DNA from: Mobula hypostoma
Lineage: Eukaryota
Reading direction: 5' to 3'
Length of the DNA: 64,000 nt
Assembly: GCF_963921235.1 (NCBI RefSeq)
Contig: NC_086097.1
Location: 179,182,001 to 179,246,000 of the forward strand
Below are positions 39,001-48,590 of the stretch, piece by piece (position 1 is the first letter of the stretch; each line of letters starts with the position of its first letter). The notes below the pieces were generated by a model, which saw only the letters and a list, made by a program, of their open reading frames with translations, searched no databases and had not been told where the DNA came from. Made by a program: the position numbers and the translations under genes.

Positions 39001-42000
39001 CCACTGCTTGTGCCAGCATGTTCCATGCTCATCCCATTTTAGGATTAGAATGGGTGGGTAACAATGATCAACAGGCATGCAGAGGGTTGAAAGGCCTGTT
39101 TCTGAGCTATAAAAGAGGATCAAGTGTCAAAATGGCCCATTTCTGGAGATCTCCCTTTACTGTGAAAAGTTAAAAGGAAATAAATGACAAGTATTTGTAA
39201 TCTCCTGGCACCTGCACCCAGCTCTTGAATCGTGATGTTACTGTCTGTAACCCCGTCATTTATACCCAGGTATAACTTAGAAACGTATGGATACAGACGT
39301 ATGTAACTCTTCAGAATCTCTTCCACTCTCTCTGCATAAACATCAAAACTCACTGAATCCTTGCTGCCTGCAGCAACGAATATTTGTTGGAGGAACTCAG
39401 CAAGTCGACCAGCATCTGGGGGGAGGGGAAAATAAATGCCTATATTTTGGGTCGAAACCAGGACCCTTGCTGCCTGTGATCTGATGTACACCAGCTGAGA
39501 ATAAGGAACAGAGAGAGGAGTTTGCCATCTGGTCAAGGTTTGAAGGTCAAAGCCCTGGGTTAATGTATCAGGAGGTCAGGGATCTATGAACCCGGGCCAA
39601 GGACCAAAGAGTGGAGGCCTGATATCTGCAAGTTTTAGAATGCGGGATCAATGACTGATGGTTGGAGGTCTGGAGGCAGTTTGCTTATGTAATTAGTTTA
39701 GGCAGTTGTGTTTGTCTATTATTGTGATTTAGATGAAGATCAGACTTTATGAGTAATTAATGCAGAAAACCAGGCAATTGCAAAGGGTTCACAGACTTTT
39801 TCTTGCAAATATATGGCCCTGGAGGCCAAGTAAATGGGTATATTTAAAGCAGGGGTTGATAGGTTCTTGATTAGTAAGGGCATCAAAGGTTATGGAGAAA
39901 AGGCAGGAGAATGGGGTAGAGAGGAAAAATAAATCAGCCATAATGGAATGGTGGAAAAGACTCGATGGGGTGAATGGCCTTACTCAGCTCTTGTCTGTTG
40001 TGGTCTTACACACTGAGGATACCTGGAGGCAAATAGTCCATTCAGGAAGTGGATCAATAATCCTGATAGAAAAGATTCTCGCAGCCTCATCGACAACAGT
40101 CCAATTATCCTCATAGATAGATGACAGAGCTTCTATCTCATCAATCTGAAAAGGAAGAAAAAATTGGAGATTTAATAACCACAACACAACGCTGTTTACC
40201 ATTGAGAAATGAATTAACAGTGACTAAATTTTCTAAACAAGGAAAGCTCCACTTAGATTGACAGACATGTGTACAACAGGAGGTACACAGAAAGGTTGGG
40301 GAAGTGGCAGAGGCCAAGATCAGATCAGCTATAACCTCACTGAAAGGGTTTCCATGGACTGAGCTGCTGATTCCTGCTCCTGTCCCAGTGTCGACAGTGT
40401 GCACAACAAAATACAGACCCTTCAGCTCACAATGTTGTGCACATCTTTAAACCTACTCTGAGATCACGTTAACCTTTCCTTCCTACATAGCTCTCAATTT
40501 GTCTTTTATCCACTTGCCTATCCAAGAGTTTCCAGTTGAAGTTTATTGTTATTCACCCATATACATGTACTGCAGCCAAATGAAACAATGTTCCTCCAGA
40601 CCAAGGTACCCACCCACAGTACAAACAACATAAAATAACATTTATGTGTGAGCACGTGGCCAAGTGGTTAAGGCATTAGACTAGCTACCTGAAGGTCGTG
40701 AGTTCGAGCCCCAGCCGAGGGAACGTGTTGTGTCCTTGAGCAAGGCACTTAATCACACATTGCTCTGCGACGACACTGGTGCCAAGCTGTATGGGTCCTA
40801 ATGCCCTTCCCTTGGACAACATCGGTGTCGTGGAGAGGGGAGACTTGCAGCATGGGCAACTGCTGGTCTTCCATACAACCTTGCCCAGGCCTGCAGAGTT
40901 GCCAGTGATCTTCTCAATCCTTGTGGTCAGATGCCTTGCAATTCATTTAAAAATCCCTAATATATCTGCCTCTACCACTAACCCCGAGCAATGCATTCCC
41001 TGCACTCACCAATCTCTGTTAAAACAAACACCTCTGACATGACAGGCACAGGGTTCTGAGTTGGATGATCAGCCATGATCGTATTGAATGGCGGTGCAGG
41101 CTCGAAGGGCCGAATGGCCTACTCCTGCACCTATTTTCTATGTTTCTATGTTTCTATCCCCCTATACCTTCCACCATTCACCTTCAAATTATGCCCTACC
41201 GTATTAGCCACTTCTACCCTGGGGATAAAGGTGCCGCCTGTCCACTCTATCTATGCCTCTTATCATCCTATACATTTTTATCAGGCCACCTCTCATCCTC
41301 CTTCACCCCAAAGAGAAAAGCCTCAGCTCACTCAACATTTTCTCATAAGACATGTTCTCTAATCCAGGCAGTGTCCTGGTAAATTTGCTCTGCATCCTCA
41401 TTAAAGATTCCAGATCCTTCCTATTGAGGTCAACAGAACTGAACACAAGTATGCTACAGAGCCCCCTCCCACTTTCAAATCTCTTACTAACTCTTCCTTC
41501 AGTTAGTCCTGACGAAGGGTCTCCGCCTGAAACGTCGACTGTACCTTTTCCTAGAGATGCTGCCTGGCCTGCTGCGTTCACCAGCAACTTTGATGTGTGA
41601 TGCTACAGAATTGACATTGGTTTACTATTGTCATGTGGCTCCATCGTTATCTGTCATCTGTATCAATAATTGAAAAGAGAATGTACAAACGGTACATTTA
41701 CAGATGACATTAAAATAGGTAGTATAGTGAACAATGAAAGAACTTATCAAAATTACAGAGGATCAGCTGTGTAAATGGACTAAAGAATGGCAAATAGAGT
41801 TTAATTCAGTTAGTGAAAGATGTTACATTTTGCAAAGTCAAATCCAAGTAGAATAGTAGGGCCTGGTGAGTCCTGTAGAACAGAGGGACCTTGGAGTACA
41901 AGTACATGGTTCCTTGAAAGTGGAGACACAGGTCCACAGTGTGGTGAAGAATGTGCTTGGCACACTGGCCGGCATCAGTCAGGGCACGAAGTATGTAAGT

Positions 42001-44296
42001 CGGGAAGTGTGTATGCACAAGGCACTTGGAGTTTTTGTCACTCTGCTAATATGAAAGATGTCATTAAACTGGAAAGATTGGAAAAATGTTTCTTTTTCTT
42101 TTACCTTGGCAAATTGCTTTATTGTTGTCACATATACCAAAGTACAGTGGAAAACTTGCCTTGCATACTGTTCATACAGATTAATTCAGTACAAGAGTGT
42201 ATTGAAGTAGTACAAGGGAAAACAAGAACAGATGTTCATCCAAGCTGGTCCCATTTGCTGGTGTTGGCCCCATAACCTTCTATCCATGTACCTGTCCAAA
42301 TGTCTTTTAAAAGTTGTTATTGTAGCTGCCTTAATCACTTCCCATGACAGCGCATTCCATATACTGACCACTGTCTGGATGAAAAAGTTGCCACTCAAGT
42401 TCTTACTAAATCTTTACCGTCTCACCTTAACCAATGCCCTCTAGTTCTTGATTCTGCAACCCTGCAAAAAGACGGAGTATATTCATGCTATCTATCCCTC
42501 TCATCATTTTGTACATCTCTATTAGATCACCTCTCAGTCTCCTGCACTCCAACAAAAAAATGTCATGACCTGTCTAACCTCTCCCCACATCTCAGTCCTT
42601 CAGCTCCTGGCACCGTCTTTGTAAATAAGTTCCCTGGTATTTTAATATGGATTCTTAACCTCACCCTTCTACCCTGCACCCAATTGTCTACCTGCACTGC
42701 ACTTACTTTGTAACAGTAACACTTTATTCTGCACTCTTGAAGTTCAAAATAAACTTATTATCAAAGTATGTGTTACCATATACTGAGATTCATTTGCCTT
42801 CAGCATTTACAGGGGAAGAAAGAAATACAACAGAATTTTACTAAAAATGATATATAAACAAAGACCGACAAACAACCAATGTGCAAAAGACAAACTGTGG
42901 AAATAAAAATAAGACGAGAGCATGAGTTATAGTATCTTTGAAAGCGAGTCTGTAGGCCGCTTCAGAACTGTGGTGAATGAAGTTATCCGCACCGGTTCAG
43001 GAACCCAATGGTCGGAGGGTAATAACTGTTGTGGGACCTGGTTGTGTGGGACGTAATTGCGAGAATGTGGGGGGGGGGCGGGTGCGGTCTTTGATGATGA
43101 ATACTGTCTGCTTGTGGCAGTGCTCCACACTATCAAGTTTTGCCTGTGATGGGTTGGGCTGTATCCACCAGTTATTGTAACCATTTACCTCGCACTGTCT
43201 CATGATCTGGTCCATATGAACAGTTTGTAAGACAAGTCTTCCACTATATTTCAGCACACGTGACAATAATACACTAATTTACCAATATTTTATTTGTTTT
43301 TCTTATGAATGCTACTTATATGATGCTCTGTGCCTGTGATCCAAGTAAGATCTTCATTGCACCTGCACATACATGCATTAACACTTCAAAGATAACATCA
43401 AAATCAGCCTGATCAAATCCAACATTACATCTACAAATTAGGAAGACACCTGGAGAGGGAAATACACCTGGAGGAAATCCGTTCATGAGAGAGCTGACCT
43501 CTACTGTACTACGGAAAAGAAGTGACAGCTGCGAAAGGAGAGACTGAACAATCAAAAGACCCAACCTCTTGCACTTTCCCACATGGCACCAGAATATGCG
43601 GATCCTGGATTGGCCTCTACAGCCACCTGAGGGCCCACCAATAGACAACCCCTTAGGAAAACATCATACTCGACTCCAGTGATTGCACTAAGAGCGTACA
43701 TAGATACACTAGTGCAGATGGCAAATATGCTCCACTTTGATAGGATAAATCAGTATCAGTGCCCTCTCTCAGGACCCAATTACAATTAGCCAGTTCTAAT
43801 GGGGCAGGCAACGTTACTAGACTGCCTGACATCAGACTCTTAAAAAAAAACTCCATTCCGAGCTCAGCCATGAAAAGAAATTACCAGGTGAGCAGAGGAA
43901 AAGGTTCAAGGATGTTCTCAAATCCTCCTTGGAAAAGTTAACATCCACACAGAATCCTGAGTTGTTGACCCGCAAGGAGGAGAAGTCATCCTCTGGAGGG
44001 TACCAAGAACTGCAAGGCCACATGTCAGGAGTAGGTGGAAGGGCCTGACAAACTGCCCATCACACTGGCCCCATCATGCCCCATCTGTGGGAGAACCTGC
44101 AGCTCTCACAATGACCTCATGGTTCACCTCAGGGTCCAAATAGGCCAGCTCCAGACCCCAGGTACGGCCTGAGAAGACATCATATAATAGATTCGGGAGA
44201 GACCGAGTACAGAGAAAGAAACAAACACACACACTCACACACACACAATGAAGTACTCACTTGTTTCTGAAGATTATCCTCCTCAAACTCAGCCAT
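2956..44296 (-). CDS. IMPACT: Protein IMPACT (RWD + UPF0029 domain), 11 coding exons: join(44261-44296, 40023-40145, 38637-38689, 36889-36951, 34403-34488, 28513-28638, 25257-25351, 12175-12248, 6402-6492, 5070-5204, 2956-3015); 942 nt, 313 aa
   Basis: The spliced translation carries motifs I recognise from vertebrate IMPACT: EIEALSSIY, APWLRGHERADLSN, PITDRRSTFQAHLAPV, LYENKKIASATHNIYAYRIYCEDK, QDCEDDGETAAGGRLLHLM, VVVSRWYGGILLGPDRFKHINNCARN and a basic tail. All introns are GT-AG and the phases join into one open frame. Confidence 0.97.
5070..5204 (-). CDS. IMPACT: IMPACT exon 10 (ILDVRNVLVVVSRWYGGILLGPDRFKHINNCARNLLVDEGYSELG)
   Basis: Acceptor cttcaacag, donor GGG|GTAAGA; 135 nt; SRWYGGILLG signature. 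Confidence 0.97.
6402..6492 (-). CDS. IMPACT: IMPACT exon 9 (IYCEDKRTFLQDCEDDGETAAGGRLLHLMQ)
   Basis: Acceptor tttctctag, donor CAG|GTAACA; 91 nt; DDGE signature. Confidence 0.97.
7560..8330 (-). mobile_element. CR1 3' fragment
   Basis: YKERLDKLGLF, IIRGTDKVD; CR1-like 3'UTR. Confidence 0.75.
8372..9891 (+). mobile_element. Internally deleted Tigger/pogo-type DNA transposon
   Basis: TA|CAGGTGTCCCCCGC ... GCGGGGGAAACCTG|TA termini. From about 8588 it encodes an HTH-like start (KPKRARKGVTLTVKLDIIKRFDHGE) joined directly to a C-terminal acidic segment (DEHDVEEVLASHRQELTDEELMQLE); the DDE core is missing. Confidence 0.88.
10740..11600 (+). mobile_element. CR1 3' fragment
   Basis: KWAKKWQMEY, FWAPYTRKD..LERAQKGFTRMI, typical CR1 tail. 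Confidence 0.85.
12175..12248 (-). CDS. IMPACT: IMPACT exon 8 (VKLCLQKLYENKKIASATHNIYAYR)
   Basis: Acceptor gtttctcttcag, donor CG|GTAGGA; 74 nt; ATHNIYAYR signature. Confidence 0.97.
12399..14006 (-). mobile_element. Full-length (1608 bp) Tc1-like transposon of IR/DR type
   Basis: TA duplications at 12397-98 and 14007-08; about 210-bp imperfect inverted repeats starting CA(C/G)TGGCATGCAAAAGTTT, with inner copies of the terminal motif at about 12592-12610 and 13793-13813. Confidence 0.95.
12617..13626 (-). pseudogene. Decayed Tc1 DD34E transposase
   Basis: MGSSKQ... N-terminal DNA-binding region with RSGRTRK hook; in-frame stop at about 13312 and frameshifts; WPSQSPDLNIIKNLW has K where the catalytic E is expected. 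Confidence 0.92.
15260..16180 (+). mobile_element. Rex-type LINE 3' fragment
   Basis: WCHNNNFLLNISKTKELIIDFRR, LTNFYRCVVDSILIGCITAWYGN and HPAHALFSLLPS followed by 3'UTR. Confidence 0.85.
17894..18587 (-). mobile_element. Non-coding, CpG-retaining retroposon, probably a non-autonomous RTE-derived element, inserted in a CR1
   Basis: GC-rich block interrupting the CR1 endonuclease region; imperfect ~19-bp direct repeat CTACCAAAGTAATATAGGT (17875-17893) / CTACCAAAATTAGTATAGGT (18588-18607). RTE affinity is my recognition only. Confidence 0.6.
17936..18078 (-). mobile_element. Short tRNA-derived SINE nested in the preceding element
   Basis: A-box-like TGGTGCAGTGA, B-box GAGTTCGAATCC, ends CTCGTAAAAAAAA. 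Confidence 0.8.
20065..20830 (+). repeat. GT-rich minisatellite, unit about 42-55 bp (TCGATGTTCTCACTGTGTTCTGTTAGTTTTGTTGTATGGGGGGG), about 17 copies, in IMPACT intron 7
   Basis: Directly visible tandem array. Confidence 0.95.
24640..25256 (-). mobile_element. CR1 3' fragment abutting the IMPACT exon 7 donor
   Basis: CR1 RT C-terminal and 3'UTR similarity continues to within a few bases of the splice donor. Confidence 0.78.
25257..25351 (-). CDS. IMPACT: IMPACT exon 7 (AEIPPMAHGEPITDRRSTFQAHLAPVVMLKQ)
   Basis: Acceptor aatttttag, donor CAG|GTACAG; 95 nt; start of UPF0029 domain. Not in the ORF track. Confidence 0.96.
26707..27413 (-). mobile_element. Second, shorter copy of the same Rex1 family in IMPACT intron 6, with an AATAGT-type expansion in its 3'UTR
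   Basis: Nearly identical to 50694-51334; same tail; low-complexity expansion at about 26780-26895. Confidence 0.92.
28513..28638 (-). CDS. IMPACT: IMPACT exon 6, variable linker (KCDLSAIAQGTQKETEEADHWGCQSSSQQVVLKGNISESLD); alternative acceptor gives start at 28614
   Basis: Strong donor ATG|GTGAGT; phase 1/1 as the flanking exons require; open frame. The sequence is poorly conserved, so the acceptor is uncertain. Confidence 0.75.
31550..32130 (+). mobile_element. CR1 3' fragment
   Basis: ORF 31555-31896: LYKTLRPSLEYYVRFWSP...ERVQRKFTRML...RGDLIEVYKIM. Confidence 0.9.
33025..33925 (+). mobile_element. CR1 3' fragment
   Basis: LQCDIDRMKSWAEKWQMEF...EQRDLGV, MLQLYKTLFRPH. Confidence 0.88.
34403..34488 (-). 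CDS. IMPACT: IMPACT exon 5 (QNSGDCVLFLWVQKIQEFLQVKAQSDAA)
   Basis: Acceptor ctgtttcag, donor CAG|GTAAAG; 86 nt; end of RWD domain. Confidence 0.94.
35285..35430 (+). repeat. About 57-bp tandem duplication (2.5 copies) in a retroposon tail
   Basis: GGATTTGGGGGTTGATGTGCCTATTCCCTTTCTGTTAGTTTTTTGTGCAGGGAGGAG repeated. Confidence 0.8.
36889..36951 (-). CDS. IMPACT: IMPACT exon 4 (APWLRGHERADLSNDLEEIYL)
   Basis: Acceptor tttggtttcag, donor CT|GTAAGT; 63 nt, phase 2/2. Confidence 0.96.
38637..38689 (-). CDS. IMPACT: IMPACT exon 3 (VMLPPEYPTAAPPVYQLN)
   Basis: RWD YPxxxP motif; acceptor ttgtattccag, donor AA|GTAAGC; 53 nt. Not in the ORF track. Confidence 0.96.
39690..39808. mobile_element. Solo Tc1-like terminal-repeat remnant
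   Basis: Ends AAAGGGTTCACAGACTTTTTCTTGCAA, resembling a Tc1 right end; no partner end seen. Confidence 0.45.
40023..40145 (-). CDS. IMPACT: IMPACT exon 2 (IDEIEALSSIYEDNWTVVDEAARIFSIRIIDPLPEWTICLQ), start of RWD domain
   Basis: Acceptor ttcttccttttcag, donor CAG|GTATCC, 123 nt, phase 0/0. Confidence 0.96.
40650..40894 (+). mobile_element. tRNA-derived SINE, probably 3'-truncated
   Basis: A-box TGGCCAAGTGG, B-box GAGTTCGAGCC, followed by GTGTCCTTGAGCAAGGCACTTAA typical of fish SINE bodies. Confidence 0.8.
41461..41599 (+). mobile_element. 139-bp Penelope 3' terminal fragment in IMPACT intron 1
   Basis: Near-identical to about 54635-54766; 10-bp direct repeat ATGCTACAGA at 41451-41460 and 41600-41609. 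Confidence 0.88.
41505..41540 (+). ncRNA. Minimal type I hammerhead ribozyme motif (Penelope-associated)
   Basis: AGTC CTGACGA AGGGTCTCCGCCT GAAAC GTC GACT: stem I AGTC/GACT, CUGANGA box, short stem II, GAAA, palindromic ACGU in place of stem III, GUC cleavage triplet. Confidence 0.75.
43760..44140 (+). mobile_element. Old RTE/BovB-like LINE 3' fragment in IMPACT intron 1
   Basis: Degenerate GNVTRLPDIRLLK and QRKRFKDVLKSSL motifs. Confidence 0.6.
44261..44296 (-). CDS. IMPACT: IMPACT coding exon 1 (MAEFEEDNLQKQ)
   Basis: ATG at 44296, 12 codons, strong donor CAA|GTGAGT; resembles the IMPACT N-terminus; just downstream of the CpG-rich promoter. Confidence 0.88.
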
Positions 44297-44308
44297 TTGT
44301 CCGGGAAT

Positions 44309-44320
44309 TTATTGATCCAT
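44309..44320 (-). promoter_or_regulatory. Candidate uORF ATG-GAT-CAA-TAA (M-D-Q-stop) ending 12 nt before the IMPACT ATG
   Basis: Minus strand reads GGG ATG GAT CAA TAA ATTCCCGGACAA ATG GCT. It matters only if the TSS lies upstream. Confidence 0.5.
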
Positions 44321-44699
44321 CCCACTCACTGTTGTTTCCTCAAGATCCTCAACACCTCCACCCTCTCCTTTCTTTCCCTCCACACTCTTGATTGCTCTTT
44401 TACTATCTCCCTCTCGTTCTATCTTGAAAACACTATCTTCCTTTGTCGCTGGAATTCTGCCTCCACCCCTCAATCACGCACTCTCATTCTCTCCCCCTCC
44501 TCCATCAACTCTAATTCAATCCTCTGCCCTTGTCTATTCACTCTCTTCCCTTTATGACAGTATTATGCCTCTTGCCCTCTCCCCCGGTATTCCTCCCTTC
44601 CCTACACCTCAATCCCTCCCTCCCACCTCTCCCTACACCTCAACCCTCCCTATCACCTCAATCCTTCCTTCCTACCTCTCTCCTCTCACCACTCTTTCC

Positions 44700-44910
44700 C
44701 TCAGTGTCTCAGCCGGTCCACGTCACGGCTCGCTGGCCAATGCGCACATGCCTGTAAGCCCCGCCTCCACTATACCGGCGAGTAGAGCTTATTCCCGTTG
44801 GGTCATAAGTCATAACCTCATGACAACTTCCGCCTGTAACTGGCTACTTGGCGCAATTTCCGCAGCCCGCGAGCGCCGCCGCAACGTACAAAATTGCATT
44901 GGCCGATGAT
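44700..44910 (-). promoter_or_regulatory. CpG-rich TATA-less IMPACT promoter
   Basis: Local CpG cluster in a CpG-depleted background, with CRE/ATF-like CACGTCA, CCAAT boxes in both orientations, NRF1-like TGCGCACATGC, GC box GCCCCGCC and ETS-like ACTTCCG; 400-600 bp upstream of the ATG. Confidence 0.75.
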
Positions 44911-45984
44911 AGTTTACCAAAGTAATATGTATTGCTTTCTCCGAGATTCGGGTGTACAAAATAAATACATTTAAAATCACTTTTAGTTCTCGATGTTTCT
45001 GTTGTTCAGATACTGCTAGATTGAAAAGCAGGCGGTATCAGTTTTCCGAGGGAGCCTCATGAAATGTATCTTAGACTTCTACAAAAACAAGGCAGGAGAT
45101 TGTTGAAGTTGGGACAAAAATGTTAAAATTTCTGGTCACAGAAGAGGTGTCAGATGATTGGAAGACAACACATGTGGTATCTTTATTCAAATAGGACAAT
45201 GGAAATAAGCCTGGTAATGACAGACCAGTGAGTAATTTGCTTTATTGTCATCACATGTACCGAGGTACAGTGAAAAACTTTGTTTTGCGAACGATCTGTG
45301 CGATCATTTCATCGTCCCAGTGCACTGAGACAGAACAAGGGAAAAGCAGTAACAGTGCAAAATGAAGTGTTACAGTTACAGAGAAAGTCAAATGTCGGTG
45401 GTAATAAAATTATCAGGGAAAGGTCAGAGGAACATGATCACTCTGCAATTGAAAAGACACAGATTAATCTAAGAAAGCCTGCATGGCTTCGTTAAGAGGA
45501 AATCCTATCTGACCAGTTTGGCTGGATCTTTGAGAAGGTGACCAGGTGCTTTGAAGGATGTCGTAGACTTCCAATAATGCCTTCTACGTCATCCTACATC
45601 GAGACTTGTGCGACAGCTGAGAAACCATGAGTCCCACAAAAAGTTACAGAATACAGGAGTTGAGGTGTCTGAAGGATGTTAAAGCTGCACGAGGCATTGG
45701 TAATGGTAAGATCACAACTGTTGTACAGTATTAAGTCTGGTCGCCCTGCTATTAGAAGGATGTCAGCAAACTGGAAAGTGTGCAAGAGTTACCAGGACTG
45801 CGGGGTTGAGTATTATGAAGAGGCTAGATATGCTGACACTTCTTTCCGTAGAGCATAGGAGTCTGAGGACTGGCTTACAGAGGCGAATAAAATAATGAGG
45901 GGCATAGATAATGTAACTAGCCAAAGTTTCTTTTTTCCCCAGTCAAGGGGAATCTAAAACTGGAAGACACTGAGTCATAGAGTT

Positions 45985-48590
45985 AAAGAATATCACAGCT
46001 TACTAACCTATAATTTTCTGGATTATTCTTAGAGCTTTTTTTAAACAATGGAACATTAGCTATTTTCCAATCCTTTGGCTGAGGACATTCTAAGTATCTC
46101 TCAAACACGAGGAAACCTGCAGATGCTGGAAATTCAAGCAACACACATAAAAAATGCTGATGAACACAGCAGGCCAGGCAGCATCTATAGGAAGAGGTAC
46201 AGTCAACATTTCGGGTCGAGACCCTTCATCAGGACTAACTGAAAGAAGAGATAGAAAGAGATTGAGAGAGTTTTGAAAGTGGGATGGGGAGGGGGAGATC
46301 CGAAATGATAGGAGAAGGCAGGAGTGGGAGGGATGGAGCTAAGAGCTGGAAAGTTGATTGGCAAAAGGGATATGAGGCTGGAGAAGGGAGAGGTCCTCAT
46401 ATCTCCTTTGCCAATCAACTTTCCAGCTCTTAGCTCCATCCCTCCCCCTCCTGTCTTTTCCTATCATTTTGGATCTCCCCCTCCCGCTTTTAAATCTCTT
46501 TCTATCTCTTCTTTCAGTTAGTCCTGACGAAGGGTCTCAGCCCGAAACATCGACTGTTCCTCTTCCTATAGATGCTGCCTGGCCTGCTGTGTTCACCAGC
46601 ATTTTTTATGTGTGTTGCTAAGTATCTCTGTTAGGAATCCTGAAATGTCTGTGCTGGTCTCCCATAGGCTCCGAGGGCACACCTTGCCAGGCTTTGGGGA
46701 TTTATCCACTCAGGACAACAAACCCTGGACCTCACTGCTGCTTTGCCTCACTTCTACTTCTACAGACTCTATGTCCATGTCTGTCTCCTGAGCAAATACA
46801 GATGCAAAAAATCCATTTAATATCTCCTCCATCTCTTTTGGCTCCATACATAGATCAACCACTCTGAACTTCCAGAGGACAATTTTGTCCCTTTCTATCC
46901 TTTTGCTCCTAATATATCTGCAGGAGCCACTGGGACTCTTCTTCATCTGGAGAAACATCATGCCTTTTTTTAGTCCACCTGATTTCCTTCATAAGTGTTC
47001 TCTTGCATTTCCTACACAAGTACCACATTTTCTCCTTCCTGCCTAAGCACCTCCTTCTTTTCCTTAATGAGGATCTCAATATCTTTCAGAAACCAATGTT
47101 CAATAAACCTGTTATCCTTGCATTTTACTCTGGTGGGAACATACAAACTCTATTCTCAAAATTTCACTTTTGAAGGCCTCTCACTTACAAAGCACACCTT
47201 TGCCAGAAAACAATCTTTCCCAATCCACACTTACCAGATCCTTCTGATACCATCAAATTGGTCTTTCTCCAATTTAAAATCTCAACCTGAGGCCTAAACC
47301 TAGCCTTCTCCAAAATTACCTTGAAACTAATGGCATATGATCACTAGATGCAAAGTGTCCCCTATTCCTGTCTCATTCCCTAATAGCAGATCTAGTATCA
47401 CACTCCCTCTAGTTGAGACCTCAACGTACTGATTAAGGAAACTCTTTTGAATACATTAAACAAACTCTATTCCATCCAGCCCTTTTACAGTATGGGAGTC
47501 CCAGTCAATATGTGCAAAGTTGAAATCACCAACTATCACAACCTTATGTTTCTTGCAACAGTCTCCAATCTCTCCACAAATTTGTTCCTCTAAGTCCCAT
47601 GGACTATTGGGTGGTCTATAATATTACCCTATTAATGAGGTCATATCTCTCATATTCCTCAGATCCACTCATATAGCCCAGTAGATGACCTCTCCATTCT
47701 GTTCTGTCTGAGACCTCTATGATATTTTTCCTGACGAATAACGACAACCCTCCTCTTTTAATCCCTCCCACTCTATCATGTCTGAAACAACAAAGCCTGG
47801 ATCATTGAGCTGCCAGCCCTGCCTCTCCTGTAACCAAGTCTCACTAATGGTTATAATATCATAATTCCATGTACTGATCCATGCACTAAGCTCATCCACC
47901 TTTCCTGCGATACTCCTTGCATTGAAATATATGCAGCTCGGAACATTGTTCCCACCATTCACAACCTTTTAGTTCCTGACTTGGTATGCAAACTTATAGC
48001 ATTGTTCCCCAAAACCACTTCATTATTTGCTCTGGCACTCTGGTTCCCAACCCCCTGCAACTCCAGTTTAAACTCCCCATGCAGCAGTAGCAAACCTTTC
48101 TGCCAGTAAATTAGTCCTCCTCCAGGTCAGGTGCAAACCATCCCTTCTGTACAGGTCCCACCTTACCTGGAAGAGAGCCCAGTGATCCAAAAATCTGAAG
48201 CCTTTGCTCCTGCACCACTTCCTTAGCTATGTGTTAAACTGTATGAACTTCCTATTTCTCAATTCACTAGCTTGCGGCCTAGGTAGCAATCCTGAGATCA
48301 CAAACTCACCTAAACTCACTTTGTACAACCTCGCCACCCTTCCTACCCAGGCTATTGTTACTGACGTGGACCACAACCTCTATCTGCTCAACCTTCCACT
48401 TAAGAATTCCGTGGTCTCGATCAGAAATATCATTGATCCTGGCACCCATGAGGCCATATACCATTCAGGAATTTCACTCTCATCCACAAAACCTCCTGCC
48501 TGTTCCCCTAACCAAAGAATCCCCTATCACTACAGCTTGCCTTATCTACCTTCTTCCCTTCTGAGCCACAGAGCCAGAGTCAGTGCCACA
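45985..48590 (-). mobile_element. Decayed CR1 LINE (ORF1 end, endonuclease and linker region)
   Basis: CIYFNARSIAGKVDEL...ISETWL and EILNGFFASVF. Confidence 0.85.
46102..46617. mobile_element. Penelope terminal-repeat fold-back (palindromic) element inside a CR1
   Basis: Two inverted arms of about 235 bp matching the Penelope 3' repeat, with a very short spacer at about 46370-46405; direct repeat CTAAGTATCTCT at 46090-46101 and 46618-46629. Confidence 0.9.

Noticed and set aside
40650..40725. tRNA-like sequence (also 18000-18078)
   Set aside because: A and B boxes are present, but there is no proper acceptor stem and it continues into SINE body; called SINE, not tRNA.
44388..44909. 173-aa Ser/Pro-rich plus-strand ORF
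   Set aside because: Product of a pyrimidine-rich low-complexity tract and the promoter CpG cluster.
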